Of a stretch of DNA of 64,000 nt, positions 42,217 through 51,450 are shown piece by piece. The DNA is from an uncultured Rhizobium sp. (lineage in GTDB: Bacteria; Pseudomonadota; Alphaproteobacteria; Micropepsales; Micropepsaceae). The first letter of the stretch is position 1. The number at the start of each line of letters is the position of its first letter. Made by a program: the position numbers and the translations under genes. The stretch is from positions 5,567 through 69,566 of the forward strand of contig CAYQZM010000207.1 of NCBI GenBank assembly GCA_964421935.1. The letters run 5' to 3'. The notes beneath the pieces were generated by a model that made no database searches, was not told where the DNA came from, and saw nothing but the letters and a program-made list of their open reading frames with translations.

Positions 42217-42703
42217 TGGGGCTGCATCCCATGGAGGACAGATTGCTGGTCCCGGGGCCGGGACGGTGCGGCAGGAAATGAAAAAGAAGGCGGGCGGGAT
42301 GCGAGAGGGGCGAGGGTTGATTCCCGCCCGCCTTAGAGCGGCTGCCACGAAGGGAGATGCGGCAGCCGTTCATTCTGTTCGGATCACGATCAAGGGATAT
42401 CCGGGTCATTTCGGTGTCGAGCCGCAACTACCGGTCACCCTTCATTGAGGCCCTCGTCAGCCCCAAATGGCGCGCTTCAGCGTGCAGAAATGCGCCGGAT
42501 CCGTTCAGCGATGACATGTTGGTCCGTCAATTCGTTGCAAGGATTAGACGCTGTTACCGATTGGTTTATTCCCGGCGGATTGGAATCGTTTTCAAAAAGG
42601 CCCGCCCATGTCCCGGCAGCGCCACAAATCGTTGTCGGCTTTGCGGATTAGCGCGCCTTTACAAAGGCTTCGGAGCAACCCGGACAGGGCCGCCCGAAGG
42701 CGG

Positions 42704-42730
42704 GGAATAAAATTGCTCCCTGAAACGTCT
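42704..42730 (+). promoter_or_regulatory. Candidate ECF-type promoter (GGAAT-N17-CGTCT) upstream of the ECF sigma gene
   Basis: ggaat (42704-42708), a 17-nt spacer, then cgtct (42726-42730), ~58 nt before ATG 42788. Pattern match only. Confidence 0.25.
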
Positions 42731-42787
42731 TGGGGGCTAGTGGGAGACCGAAACAGGCTAAAGTCGCCCCAAATCGGCAATCTCAGA

Positions 42788-43429
42788 ATGCATTGGGCGC
42801 AATCCCGACTCTCCACATGCGACGAAGCAGATTCGCTTCACCAACCAGGACCGATTGTCTGCCAAGATGAATTCGCCTCTTGTTCCGCGGCCGCTTTGAC
42901 CCGTGCACCTGCCTTCGCCGATGCCCTGGTGGCGCAACTGCCCGCCTTGCGGCGCTATGCCATGGCGCTGGTCGGCAATGCGGCACTGGCAGATGACCTG
43001 GTGCAGGACTGCATCGAGCGGGCGCTGGGCCAGGAAGCCCAGTTGCGCGAACAGGCGCGGCTGGCGGGATGGCTGCGGCGAATCCTGTATCACCTTTATA
43101 TCGATGAGATCCGGCGCAGCCGCAGGCGCGGCCGGGAGCAGGAGATTTCCGAGCTGGCGGATCATTTGGAATTGAGCGCACCCGCCCCGGACAACAGCGC
43201 GATGAAGGAGTTTATCGAAGCCGTCAATCGCCTCAGTGTCGAGCACCGGCAGATTCTTCTGCTGGTGAGCGTGGAAGAATTGAGCTATCGCGAAGTCGCC
43301 GACGAACTGGAAATTCCGTTGGGGACGGTAATGTCGCGGCTGGCCAGGGCCCGCGAACGGCTGCGTGAACTGATGCAACACGAGACGGCGGAGATTATTT
43401 CTTTGCCCGACCGGAAGAGAAGCCCGTGA
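42788..43429 (+). CDS. ECF (sigma-70 family group IV) sigma factor
   Basis: Region 2: LRRYAMALVGNAALADDLVQDCIERAL...WLRRILYHLYIDEIRR. Region 4: LSVEHRQILLLVSVEELSYREVADELEIPLGTVMSRLARARERL. Start uncertain. Confidence 0.8.
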   Translation: MHWAQSRLSTCDEADSLHQPGPIVCQDEFASCSAAALTRAPAFADALVAQLPALRRYAMALVGNAALADDLVQDCIERALGQEAQLREQARLAGWLRRILYHLYIDEIRRSRRRGREQEISELADHLELSAPAPDNSAMKEFIEAVNRLSVEHRQILLLVSVEELSYREVADELEIPLGTVMSRLARARERLRELMQHETAEIISLPDRKRSP

Positions 43430-44163
43430 ACAATCCGTACCCGATCAGCGACGAAGATCTGCAGGCCTATGTTGACGGCGCGCTTGGCGAGGGTCGCGCC
43501 CTGCTGGTGCGCAACGCACTGGCGGAAAATCCGGAACTGGCGGAACGCGTGGCGCTGTTCCAGGCCGACAAGGCCATGTTCAAGACCGTCTATGGACCGG
43601 TGGCGGAGCGTCCGCTTCCGGCGGCATGGATCGCACGCATACGCCGACAGGAAAAGCCGCGCTGGAATTGGCGGCTGGCCGGCGCCATCGCTGCCACCCT
43701 GCTGGTTGTGGCGGCAAGCCCGCTGGTTTGGCGCTATCATGCGATTCCCGCCGATGGGGATGTGGTCGATGTGGCGCTGGATGCGCGCGAGGGCATTCCC
43801 ACAGGCAAGCACCACATCCTGGCCGACGGCAGCCCGGAGGCGGAGCGCTATGGCACCACGCTCGGTCAAATCCTTGGCTCGAATGTGCACATCCCCGATC
43901 TGAGCCGGATGGGCTACCGACTTCACGGATTGAATCTCTATCGCCAGGCGGCCGAGATTCTTTACCAGGGACCGCAGGGCCAGTTGTTCACACTCTATGT
44001 CCGCCGGTCGGACGGCTCCGCCCGCTTTGACCAGTTTGGGCGCCGCGGCCTTCGCGTCTGCATCTGGCAGGATGACCAGATCACCACCGTCATGGCGGGG
44101 AATGTTTCGCCCGCGGCCATGCAACGGCTTGCGACACTGAGTTACACCGGCCTTACGTCATAA
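43426..44163 (+). CDS. Anti-sigma factor (single-pass membrane)
   Basis: Start overlaps the sigma gene stop. N-terminal anti-sigma pattern ISDEDLQAYVDGALGEGRALLVRNALAENPELAERV. TM segment LAGAIAATLLVVAASPLVW. Confidence 0.7.
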   Translation: MNNPYPISDEDLQAYVDGALGEGRALLVRNALAENPELAERVALFQADKAMFKTVYGPVAERPLPAAWIARIRRQEKPRWNWRLAGAIAATLLVVAASPLVWRYHAIPADGDVVDVALDAREGIPTGKHHILADGSPEAERYGTTLGQILGSNVHIPDLSRMGYRLHGLNLYRQAAEILYQGPQGQLFTLYVRRSDGSARFDQFGRRGLRVCIWQDDQITTVMAGNVSPAAMQRLATLSYTGLTS

Positions 44164-44173
44164 AAATTGGCGC

Positions 44174-45538
44174 TCAGCGCACTGAGCGGGCGGAGAGCGA
44201 ATCGGGCGTGAACAGCGTGGCGGGATGAGGCGCGGTGACCTTGTAGGCGGAAGGCTCGCCGTTGAAGGCAAAACCAAACGCATAGCCGCCCAGCTGCAGA
44301 TCATAGACGAACTGACTGCCCACAACGATGGCAGGCACATCCGGCATCAGATACATGGTCGCCTGTCCGAACTTCCACAACCGTCCCGCCTCGTCCCAGG
44401 AATCGCTATAAACCGCCATCCAGCTGTCCTCGTCGAGATACAGCCGGCGGTGCGCGACGATGTCATGCGCCCCGGGCGCCAAGGTGCCATCCACCACCCA
44501 TACCCGGTGCAGCTCGTAACGCAGGTCGTCGGGGTTGGCGTGCGTGCGGCCCAGTATTTCGTTCACCGGGCGGGTATAGAGGCGGTTATTGTTGTAGGGG
44601 ACATACATCTCCTTCTTGCCGACAAGCTTGAAGTTGTAGCGGTCCAATCCGCCGAAGAAGATGTAATATTCATCCAGACTGACGAAGCCGGCCGCGTCCG
44701 CGTCGGGCACGTCATAGGAAATGCCCGGCGCCTTGCGCACCCGATGCTCGCGCGGCAGCAGGCGCCAGGCCGCGAATGGATTGCGCCGGATATTGATCGG
44801 CTGCCAGTTCAGATACGCCTCGCCGGCCCGGGCCGGCGGTGCCACCGCGATATGCAAGGTCTTGAAGTAGTAGGGACCGAAGGAATCCGGCGTCGCACCC
44901 TGGAAATAGTACGGGAAGTCCGCGATTTCCTTGTAGGCGCTGGCCTTCTCCACCGCCCCGCCCGACGGCACGATATAGGTGCTGACGGTCAATTCGCGGC
45001 TCTCGCCCCAGAAGGCCAGCAGGTGATTCCACATCGCCTCGAAGCCGTTCCGGGGAATGGGGAAAGGAATTCCCCCGACAGCGCCTTCAACGCCATAGGC
45101 GATGCCTTCGGACGCGGCATGGGCGTGCGTGGCGTTGCGAAAAATATTTTCATAGACCCGGTCCGGCGCCGCGGCGCTGCGATGCGACGGATAGATATCC
45201 ATCCGATAATCCGCCTCTTTGGCGAACAAGGCCTTGGCGCCTTCCGGCAGCTTGTCTTCATACTCGCGAAAATTCCGCGCCGTGATCGAGAAAAGGGGCT
45301 TGTCGGCCGCGAAGGGATCAGGCCGCAGCGCGCCGGAAACATAGCCGGGTGCCGAAGTGACCCCGCCCGTCCAGGCCGGAATGGTGCCATCGGCGTTCCC
45401 GGCCCGCTCCGCGCCAACCGGCGTCAGCCGCGACTTCAGCTCCGCTGCTTCCTGATTGGTGACAAGAGCGTAAGCAGGAACGGCGGCCAGGGCGACCGTC
45501 AACCAGACACAGGCATGCAAGATGCGAGGGGAGCGCAT
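44174..45538 (-). CDS. DUF1329 family (LolA-like) exported protein
   Basis: Signal peptide, then EAAELKSRLTPVGAERAGNADGTIPAWTGG, the hallmark N-terminal motif of DUF1329 as I recall it. Confidence 0.75.
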   Translation of the reverse strand: MRSPRILHACVWLTVALAAVPAYALVTNQEAAELKSRLTPVGAERAGNADGTIPAWTGGVTSAPGYVSGALRPDPFAADKPLFSITARNFREYEDKLPEGAKALFAKEADYRMDIYPSHRSAAAPDRVYENIFRNATHAHAASEGIAYGVEGAVGGIPFPIPRNGFEAMWNHLLAFWGESRELTVSTYIVPSGGAVEKASAYKEIADFPYYFQGATPDSFGPYYFKTLHIAVAPPARAGEAYLNWQPINIRRNPFAAWRLLPREHRVRKAPGISYDVPDADAAGFVSLDEYYIFFGGLDRYNFKLVGKKEMYVPYNNNRLYTRPVNEILGRTHANPDDLRYELHRVWVVDGTLAPGAHDIVAHRRLYLDEDSWMAVYSDSWDEAGRLWKFGQATMYLMPDVPAIVVGSQFVYDLQLGGYAFGFAFNGEPSAYKVTAPHPATLFTPDSLSARSVR

Positions 45539-45622
45539 GTTCGTATACGGATTATGTCCTTAGGGGCAGCCTGCCTGTGCTATAGCCTAAACCGCAGCTT
45601 GCGGCATGGCAAAAAGCTCGGC

Positions 45623-47185
45623 ATGGCTTACCCTTCCCTCAGGCTTGCGCTGGTTTGCGCATTGGGATTACTGCCGGTCCTCGGCGAGCCTGCCGGCGCG
45701 GCGGAAATCTATTCCGGCGACGGGCTGGCTATCCGCTGGGACAACACTGTGCGTTACAGCATGGCGCTGCGCCCCGCATCTCCCAGCGCCGAACTGCTCA
45801 GCTACATCAATGGTGACGATGGCGACCGCAATTTCGCGCCCGGCCTGGTGTCGAACCGGTTCACGCTGTTGTCGGAGCTCGATATCTCGGCCGGCGATTT
45901 CGGCGTCCATGCCAGCGCCGCGGCCTGGTACGATACGGTGTACCAGGCCCATACCGACAACAGATCTCCGGCGACGTACAACGCGGCCGCCCCCGCTGGG
46001 CAATTCGCGCCCGCGGTGAAGGACCTCGAAGGCCAGCATGCGGAACTCACCGATGCTTTCGCCTTTGGCAATTTCGCCATGGGCCCCATGCCGGTGTCCG
46101 TGCGGGTGGGGCGCCAGACCCTGGTCGGCGGCGAAAGCCGCTTTTTCGACCCCAACTCCATCGCGGCCGCGATGGCCCCGACAGACTATCTCAAGACCAT
46201 GACCGACCAGGACGGCTATTCCGGAAATCTGTTCCTGCCGGTGACCCAGCTGAGTGTGACGCTTCAACCGCTCTCCTGGCTCTCGCTGTCCTTCTACGAT
46301 CAGTTCGAATGGCGCCCATCGCGCCAATTCGCAGATGGCAGCTTCCTCAGTTATCTCGATTATGTCGGCACCGGATCGGCCCGGCTGTTCCTGAACCCCA
46401 ATCAGTATCTTGTTCGCAACACAGATCCCGGCCCGGCCAGCGGACAATATGGTTTTACGCTGCGCGGCAGCGTCGCCGACATCGATCTGGGGCTGTATGC
46501 GTTGCGCTTCCGCGCCAAGGACCCCATCGCCGCCCTGGCGCCCGACCCGACCTTGGCGAACCAGAGCGGCGACGTCGGCTATTACCGCCTGATCTATCCT
46601 TCCGCCATCGACCTCTACGGCGCCAGCTTCAGCACCGAATTGGGAGGCAACGTTCTGGCCGGAGAGATTTCGGCCCGCGAGAATATGCCGCTTGTCAGCT
46701 ATGATGCGCGCACGCCGCAGTACGGCGCTCCAACCCGGATACCCTATTATTCCAGGGGCGACACGCTGCACGCCCAGATTTCCCTCGCCACGGCGCTCGC
46801 AGAGACGTCGCTATGGGACAAGGCCGATGCCGCGGTTGAGGTCACCACCGACAATATCCTCAACCATGCCGGCACGGCCGCCGGTGCCGCACCTTTTTCC
46901 AGCTTTGGCATGAAAGCGCGGGCCCGGATCGAGCCCCATTACTTCCAGGTCCTGCCCAATCTGGACATCACCGGTGTGGCGGAGATAGGCCTGAACATGG
47001 CCGGGCACAGTTTCACTTATTACGCCCAGAACAGCGGCGCCGGGGATTTCCGCCTGGGTGTTTCCGGCACGTATCTGTCGGCCTGGAAAGCGGGGGTCAC
47101 CTATTTCGGCTTTTTTGGCTCGCCGTCCCGTCAGCCCCTGGCGGACCGCGACTTTGTCATGCTGAGCCTGGAACGCACTTTTTAG
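45623..47185 (+). CDS. DUF1302 family outer-membrane-like protein
   Basis: Signal peptide MAYPSLRLALVCALGLLPVLGEPAGAAE, then GLAIRWDNTVRYSMALR. Beta-barrel-like composition ending ...VMLSLERTF. Divergent from the DUF1329 gene, a recurrent pairing. Confidence 0.7.
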   Translation: MAYPSLRLALVCALGLLPVLGEPAGAAEIYSGDGLAIRWDNTVRYSMALRPASPSAELLSYINGDDGDRNFAPGLVSNRFTLLSELDISAGDFGVHASAAAWYDTVYQAHTDNRSPATYNAAAPAGQFAPAVKDLEGQHAELTDAFAFGNFAMGPMPVSVRVGRQTLVGGESRFFDPNSIAAAMAPTDYLKTMTDQDGYSGNLFLPVTQLSVTLQPLSWLSLSFYDQFEWRPSRQFADGSFLSYLDYVGTGSARLFLNPNQYLVRNTDPGPASGQYGFTLRGSVADIDLGLYALRFRAKDPIAALAPDPTLANQSGDVGYYRLIYPSAIDLYGASFSTELGGNVLAGEISARENMPLVSYDARTPQYGAPTRIPYYSRGDTLHAQISLATALAETSLWDKADAAVEVTTDNILNHAGTAAGAAPFSSFGMKARARIEPHYFQVLPNLDITGVAEIGLNMAGHSFTYYAQNSGAGDFRLGVSGTYLSAWKAGVTYFGFFGSPSRQPLADRDFVMLSLERTF

Positions 47186-47207
47186 CCGGTTAACCGGCAC
47201 TTTTTTT
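47185..47207 (+). terminator. Possible rho-independent terminator
   Basis: gccgg-ttaa-ccggc followed by ac-ttttttt, immediately after the stop codon. The stem is short. Confidence 0.45.
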
Positions 47208-47421
47208 GGCGATTTCCGGGAATATCGAGGCCCATCCCTTCGTCTAAATCACAGAACGAAGCGGGATAGGAATGCTCCATCTGGCCATACGCATTGCCCT
47301 GCGGCCGTCTTGCCGTCGAGCCGCCGCGCCCGCTTTGCCGGCGTTCGCATTCCCGCCAGCTCTGGTCCGTTCGAGACATCCGGCCCGCCGCCGTGCGGCA
47401 TCGGCCCGTTGGAGAAACCGC

Positions 47422-47814
47422 ATGATCAAATTCGCCAGCGCTCTGGTCTTGATGCTCACCCTGCCTGCGGTGCTGAGCGCCGCCGCGGCGCAGAGTGTTA
47501 CCCCGGTCAGTATCACCCTGAGCGATTACGCCTTCACGCCGAGCGCGCTGAATCTGAAAGCGGGGACCACCTATCAACTGCATTTCGTCAACAGCGGCTC
47601 CAAGGGACATGATTTCAGCGCGCCGGAATTCTTCGCCGCGTCCCAACTTGCAGCCGAGGATCAGGCCAAGGTGAACAAGGGTCTTGTCGAGTTGGAAAGC
47701 GGCCAGTCAGCCGACATTACCGTCACGCCCGGCCAAGCGGGGACCTATCCGATCGCGTGCACGCACTTCATGCACAAAATGATGGGCATGCATGGAAACA
47801 TCATCGTCCAGTAG
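47422..47814 (+). CDS. Cupredoxin (type 1 blue copper protein-like)
   Basis: Signal peptide MIKFASALVLMLTLPAVLSAAAA. Copper ligand pattern GHDF ... CTHFMHKMMGMHG (H...C..H....M). RBS GGAGAA. Confidence 0.8.
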   Translation: MIKFASALVLMLTLPAVLSAAAAQSVTPVSITLSDYAFTPSALNLKAGTTYQLHFVNSGSKGHDFSAPEFFAASQLAAEDQAKVNKGLVELESGQSADITVTPGQAGTYPIACTHFMHKMMGMHGNIIVQ

Positions 47815-47818
47815 CCCG

Positions 47819-48538
47819 ATGTTCCAATTGCTGCATCGCTGGATCTGGCGTGACCCGGAGCGTTGCGCCCGCAAGCTGCTCACCTTCGCGGAAACCGAGG
47901 CAGATGGAGGCCGTGATCTGGTCCGCGCGGCGGAGTTGACCGAGGATCCCATCCTGCGCCGGCTTTTTACCGTGCATGCCGTGGACGAAGAGCGGCATGC
48001 GCAATTGTTTCGCACACGCGGCGCGGCGCTGCTGCAACCTCTCCAGACCCGCGGCTCAACATCGCTTCAACTGAATTGGATGTCGCCGGGCGAGCGGGGT
48101 CTCGATGATCTGCGCATTCACGCCGAATCCGACGCCAGCCTGCTCGCTTTCCTGCATCTGTCGGAGAAATCCGCGGCCGGCCATTTTGCGACCTATGTCG
48201 ATGCCTTGAAGCACGACCCATTGACCCGTTCCGTTTTCAAGGAAGTGCTGAAGGATGAGAGCTTTCACATGAACTACACGCTCGCCCAACTGACCCGGGT
48301 GGCGCCGCAGCGCCAGGGCCTGTTCCTGTGGAAAGCCCGGTTCAGCAGACTCTGGAAGGCCTATCTGCGGATTATGTCGGCGATCGCCGGGGTGATGGGG
48401 GTGGTGATCCTGACGCTTCAGTATTTCATTCTGCTGCCCCCCTTCGCCCTTTTGGCCAAGCGCGCAGAGCGGCGGGAGCCGGGAGGCTGGGTGCCTGTCG
48501 CGGAAGAGCGCGGCCGCACGCTCGAAAGCCAGTACTGA
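47819..48538 (+). CDS. Ferritin-like (di-iron carboxylate) domain protein with C-terminal membrane segment
   Basis: Two E-x-x-H motifs (VDEERHAQLF and KDESFHMNYT) in helical context. Hydrophobic segment IAGVMGVVILTLQYFILLPPFALL. Stop lies 1 nt before the carbamoyltransferase ATG. Confidence 0.6.
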   Translation: MFQLLHRWIWRDPERCARKLLTFAETEADGGRDLVRAAELTEDPILRRLFTVHAVDEERHAQLFRTRGAALLQPLQTRGSTSLQLNWMSPGERGLDDLRIHAESDASLLAFLHLSEKSAAGHFATYVDALKHDPLTRSVFKEVLKDESFHMNYTLAQLTRVAPQRQGLFLWKARFSRLWKAYLRIMSAIAGVMGVVILTLQYFILLPPFALLAKRAERREPGGWVPVAEERGRTLESQY

Positions 48539-48539
48539 G

Positions 48540-50288
48540 ATGAAGATCCTGGGCATCTCGGCGCACTATCACGACGCGGCCGCCGCACTGATTGTCGATG
48601 GCATGCCGGTGGCCGCGGTGCAGGAGGAGCGGCTTTCCCGCCGCAAGAACGACGCGGCGTTCCCCATGACCGCCATCGAATGGTGCCTGGAGCAAGGCGG
48701 CCTCGAGCCCGACGATCTCGATGCGGTTGTGTTCTACGAACGCCCGATGCTGAAATTCGACCGGATATTGACGTGCGCGCTGCGCGCCTTCCCGTATTCC
48801 TGGCGCTCTTTTCCCCATGCGATGAAGAACACCCTGGGCGAAAAGCTGTGGGTGCGCGGCATCATCTCATCCCAACTGGGGGTGCCGCGCCGGAAGGTCC
48901 TGTTTGCCGAGCATCATCGCTCGCACGCTGCCGCCGCCTTCCTCACCGCGCCCACGCGCGCGGCCGCGATACTCACCGCGGACGGCGTGGGCGAATGGGC
49001 CACGATGACCGTGGGGCGTGGCGCGCGCGGGCCGGAGCGGACCGAGATATCTCTGCTGAGGGAAATCCGCTTTCCCCATTCCCTGGGGATGCTCTATTCG
49101 ACCTTCACCGCCTATCTCGGATTTCCGGTCAATGAGGGTGAGTACAAGGTGATGGGGCTGGCGAGCTATGGCCGCCCGACGATGGCGGATGCGGTCCGCA
49201 AGGTCGTTCACCGCACGTCCGATGGCGCCTTCCGTCTCGATATGGACTATTTCGATTTTCACACCAGCGCCAGGCGGTCCTTTTCCACCCGTTTCGTGGA
49301 CATGTTTGGGCCGCCACGTGACCCGTTCGAGCCGATTGATCTGGAAAGCCCCGGCGGGCGGCGTTTCGCCGATTGCGCGGCGAGCGTCCAACTGGTCCTG
49401 GAAGACATACTCGTAGATGCGGCCAAAGCGCTGCACCGCGAAACCGGCCTCCCCGATCTCTGCCTTGGCGGCGGGGTGGCGCTCAATGGTGTCGCCAACC
49501 ACCGGATCCTCCAGGAATCCGGTTTTGAGCGGGTTTTCGTCCCCCCCGCGCCGGGAGACGCGGGCTGCGCCCTGGGCGCGGCGCTTTATGCCGATCGCAT
49601 TCACTTCGCCAATCCGGATCGCGAGTTTCCAGATCATCCCTTCTGGGGACCTGCGGTGGACGGGGACGATCTTGCCAGGCTGGCGCGGGAAGACCGTTTG
49701 CCCGTCGAGGACCATGACGACTTCGAACTAATCGAGCGCGTGGCACTGGATCTCGCCGTCGGCCGCATCGTCGGCTGGATGGACGGCGCGCTTGAATTGG
49801 GGCCCCGGGCGCTCGGTCATCGCAGCATTCTGGCGGCCCCCCATGCTGTCGAAATGCGCGATCGCCTCAATCGCGACATCAAGCATCGCGAGGAATTCCG
49901 GCCCTTTGCGCCCGTCGTGCCGGCGGAGGATGCCGACCGCTATTTCGAACTGCCCCCAGGCGGCAAGCGTCTGGCGCGATTCATGTCGGGCGTGTTTCCG
50001 GTGCGTCCCGAATGGCGCGAGAGGCTGGCGGCCATAACCCATGTTGACGGAACCGCGCGGGTGCAGGTTCTTGAACCCGGCATGGCACCACGGCTCTACG
50101 CGCTTCTGAAAGCATATGGGCGGGTGAGCGGCATTCCCATTCTGCTCAATACCTCCTTCAACCTGGCCGGCGAGCCGATCGTGAACCGCTCGGTCGAGGG
50201 CTATTTGACGTTCCGCCGCTGCGGGATGGACGTGCTGGTGGCAGGCCAGACACGCGTGACCAAACGGGTTTTGGAGAAAGCCGCATGA
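48540..50288 (+). CDS. Carbamoyltransferase (NodU/CmcH family)
   Basis: MKILGISAHYHDAAAALIVDGMPVAAVQEERLSRRKNDAAFP, SHAAAAF, LCLGGGVALNGVAN, ALGHRSILA, FRPFAPVV, HVDGTARVQ, LLNTSFNLAGEPIV. Confidence 0.9.
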   Translation: MKILGISAHYHDAAAALIVDGMPVAAVQEERLSRRKNDAAFPMTAIEWCLEQGGLEPDDLDAVVFYERPMLKFDRILTCALRAFPYSWRSFPHAMKNTLGEKLWVRGIISSQLGVPRRKVLFAEHHRSHAAAAFLTAPTRAAAILTADGVGEWATMTVGRGARGPERTEISLLREIRFPHSLGMLYSTFTAYLGFPVNEGEYKVMGLASYGRPTMADAVRKVVHRTSDGAFRLDMDYFDFHTSARRSFSTRFVDMFGPPRDPFEPIDLESPGGRRFADCAASVQLVLEDILVDAAKALHRETGLPDLCLGGGVALNGVANHRILQESGFERVFVPPAPGDAGCALGAALYADRIHFANPDREFPDHPFWGPAVDGDDLARLAREDRLPVEDHDDFELIERVALDLAVGRIVGWMDGALELGPRALGHRSILAAPHAVEMRDRLNRDIKHREEFRPFAPVVPAEDADRYFELPPGGKRLARFMSGVFPVRPEWRERLAAITHVDGTARVQVLEPGMAPRLYALLKAYGRVSGIPILLNTSFNLAGEPIVNRSVEGYLTFRRCGMDVLVAGQTRVTKRVLEKAA

Positions 50289-50497
50289 TCAGGAAGAAGA
50301 GCAAGATCCAACGAGGTTTTATCGTGATGGGCAGCGCGGCCGGTTCGATCAGCGATCTCGCCGCGGGCATGTGGCACAGCGATGCGTCCAGGCGCTGGTT
50401 GCTGCCGCTGGCCGTCTTTCTCTGCGTCACCGGGCTGCTGCTCGCCCTGGCGGCCAGCGTCGAGGCCTTGGCGCCCTTCATCTATTCCATTTTCTAG
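50285..50497 (+). CDS. Small membrane protein, DUF5989-like
   Basis: The C-terminal RRWLLPLAVFLCVTGLLLALAASVEALAPFIYSIF matches the pattern I recall for small proteins following carbamoyltransferases (...KKyWLlPiil.Lll.G.Llvl....a.aPFIYtlF). Start codon uncertain. Confidence 0.5.
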   Translation: MIRKKSKIQRGFIVMGSAAGSISDLAAGMWHSDASRRWLLPLAVFLCVTGLLLALAASVEALAPFIYSIF

Positions 50498-50499
50498 AA

Positions 50500-51450
50500 A
50501 TGTTTGCGGACTTGCTGGCCTGTCCCGCCTGCCGCAGTGCGCTTCGCCGGGACTGGACCTGCATGGGATGCGGCGCACAGTATGACGCGGCGGACGGTAT
50601 TCCGGATCTGCGCCTGCCCGGTTACGGCTGCACCGACATGGTGCGCGCATTCTACGAACAGGCGCCCTTTCCCGGCTACCGGGCGCACGACAATCTGCAG
50701 AGCTTGCGGGCGCGCGCCGAACGAAGCGAATTCGCGCGGCTGCTCGACGCGGCGATCCCCGCCGAGGCGCGCATTCTGGAAATCGGATGCGGCACCGGGC
50801 AAATGAGCATCTACCTTGCCAGCGCGGACCGGACCGTGATCGGTGCCGATGCCACCCGGGCGTCGCTTGCGCTCGGCGCCGCCGCCGCCCGGCGCTTTGG
50901 CGTGACAGGCGTGCAATTCGTGGAAACCGATCTTCATCGCCCGGGACTGCGCCCGGGCGCCTTCGACGTGATCTACACCTCCGGCGTGCTGCACCATACG
51001 CGCGACCCGCGGCAGGCTTTCGACGCCATTCTGCCTCTCCTGCGTCCGGGTGGTATGATCGTCCTCGGCCTCTACAATGCCTTTGCACGCATACCGCTAC
51101 GGTTGCGGCGTATCGTTGCGCGGTTGTCAGGGTATCGATGGATCCCGCTCGATCCGGTGCTGCGCGATCGCAAGAGCGAACCCGCCCGCCGGGAGGCGTG
51201 GGTTCGCGACCAGTATCGCCATCCCGAGGAACACCGGCATACGGCCGCGGAGGTCCGCGGCTGGTTCACGGAAACCGGCATCGAATATCTGCGGACCTAT
51301 CCAAGCCTGTTGCTGGGGGAAAAAACCGCGGATCTGTTTGTGGCCGATGGCGACTATTGGCCGGTAGAGGCATGGCTGTCCCAGATCGGCTGGATGACAA
51401 GTCTGGGCCGTGAAGGCGGTCTGTTCGTGACCATCGGACGGCGCCCATGA
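50500..51450 (+). CDS. Class I SAM-dependent methyltransferase with N-terminal Trm112-like zinc-ribbon
   Basis: LLACPACRSALRRDWTCMGCGAQYDAADGIPDL, then ILEIGCGTGQMSIYLA, FDVIYTSGVLHHT and GGMIVLGLYN. Confidence 0.8.
   Translation: MFADLLACPACRSALRRDWTCMGCGAQYDAADGIPDLRLPGYGCTDMVRAFYEQAPFPGYRAHDNLQSLRARAERSEFARLLDAAIPAEARILEIGCGTGQMSIYLASADRTVIGADATRASLALGAAAARRFGVTGVQFVETDLHRPGLRPGAFDVIYTSGVLHHTRDPRQAFDAILPLLRPGGMIVLGLYNAFARIPLRLRRIVARLSGYRWIPLDPVLRDRKSEPARREAWVRDQYRHPEEHRHTAAEVRGWFTETGIEYLRTYPSLLLGEKTADLFVADGDYWPVEAWLSQIGWMTSLGREGGLFVTIGRRP

Noticed and set aside
44225-47185. 986-aa plus-strand ORF, the third longest in the window
   Set aside because: Its first ~466 codons are the antisense shadow of the DUF1329 gene (44174..45538), with Arg/Gly/Ala-rich, low-information sequence. 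A signal peptide and DUF1302-like sequence begin only at ATG 45623, so only 45623..47185 is called.
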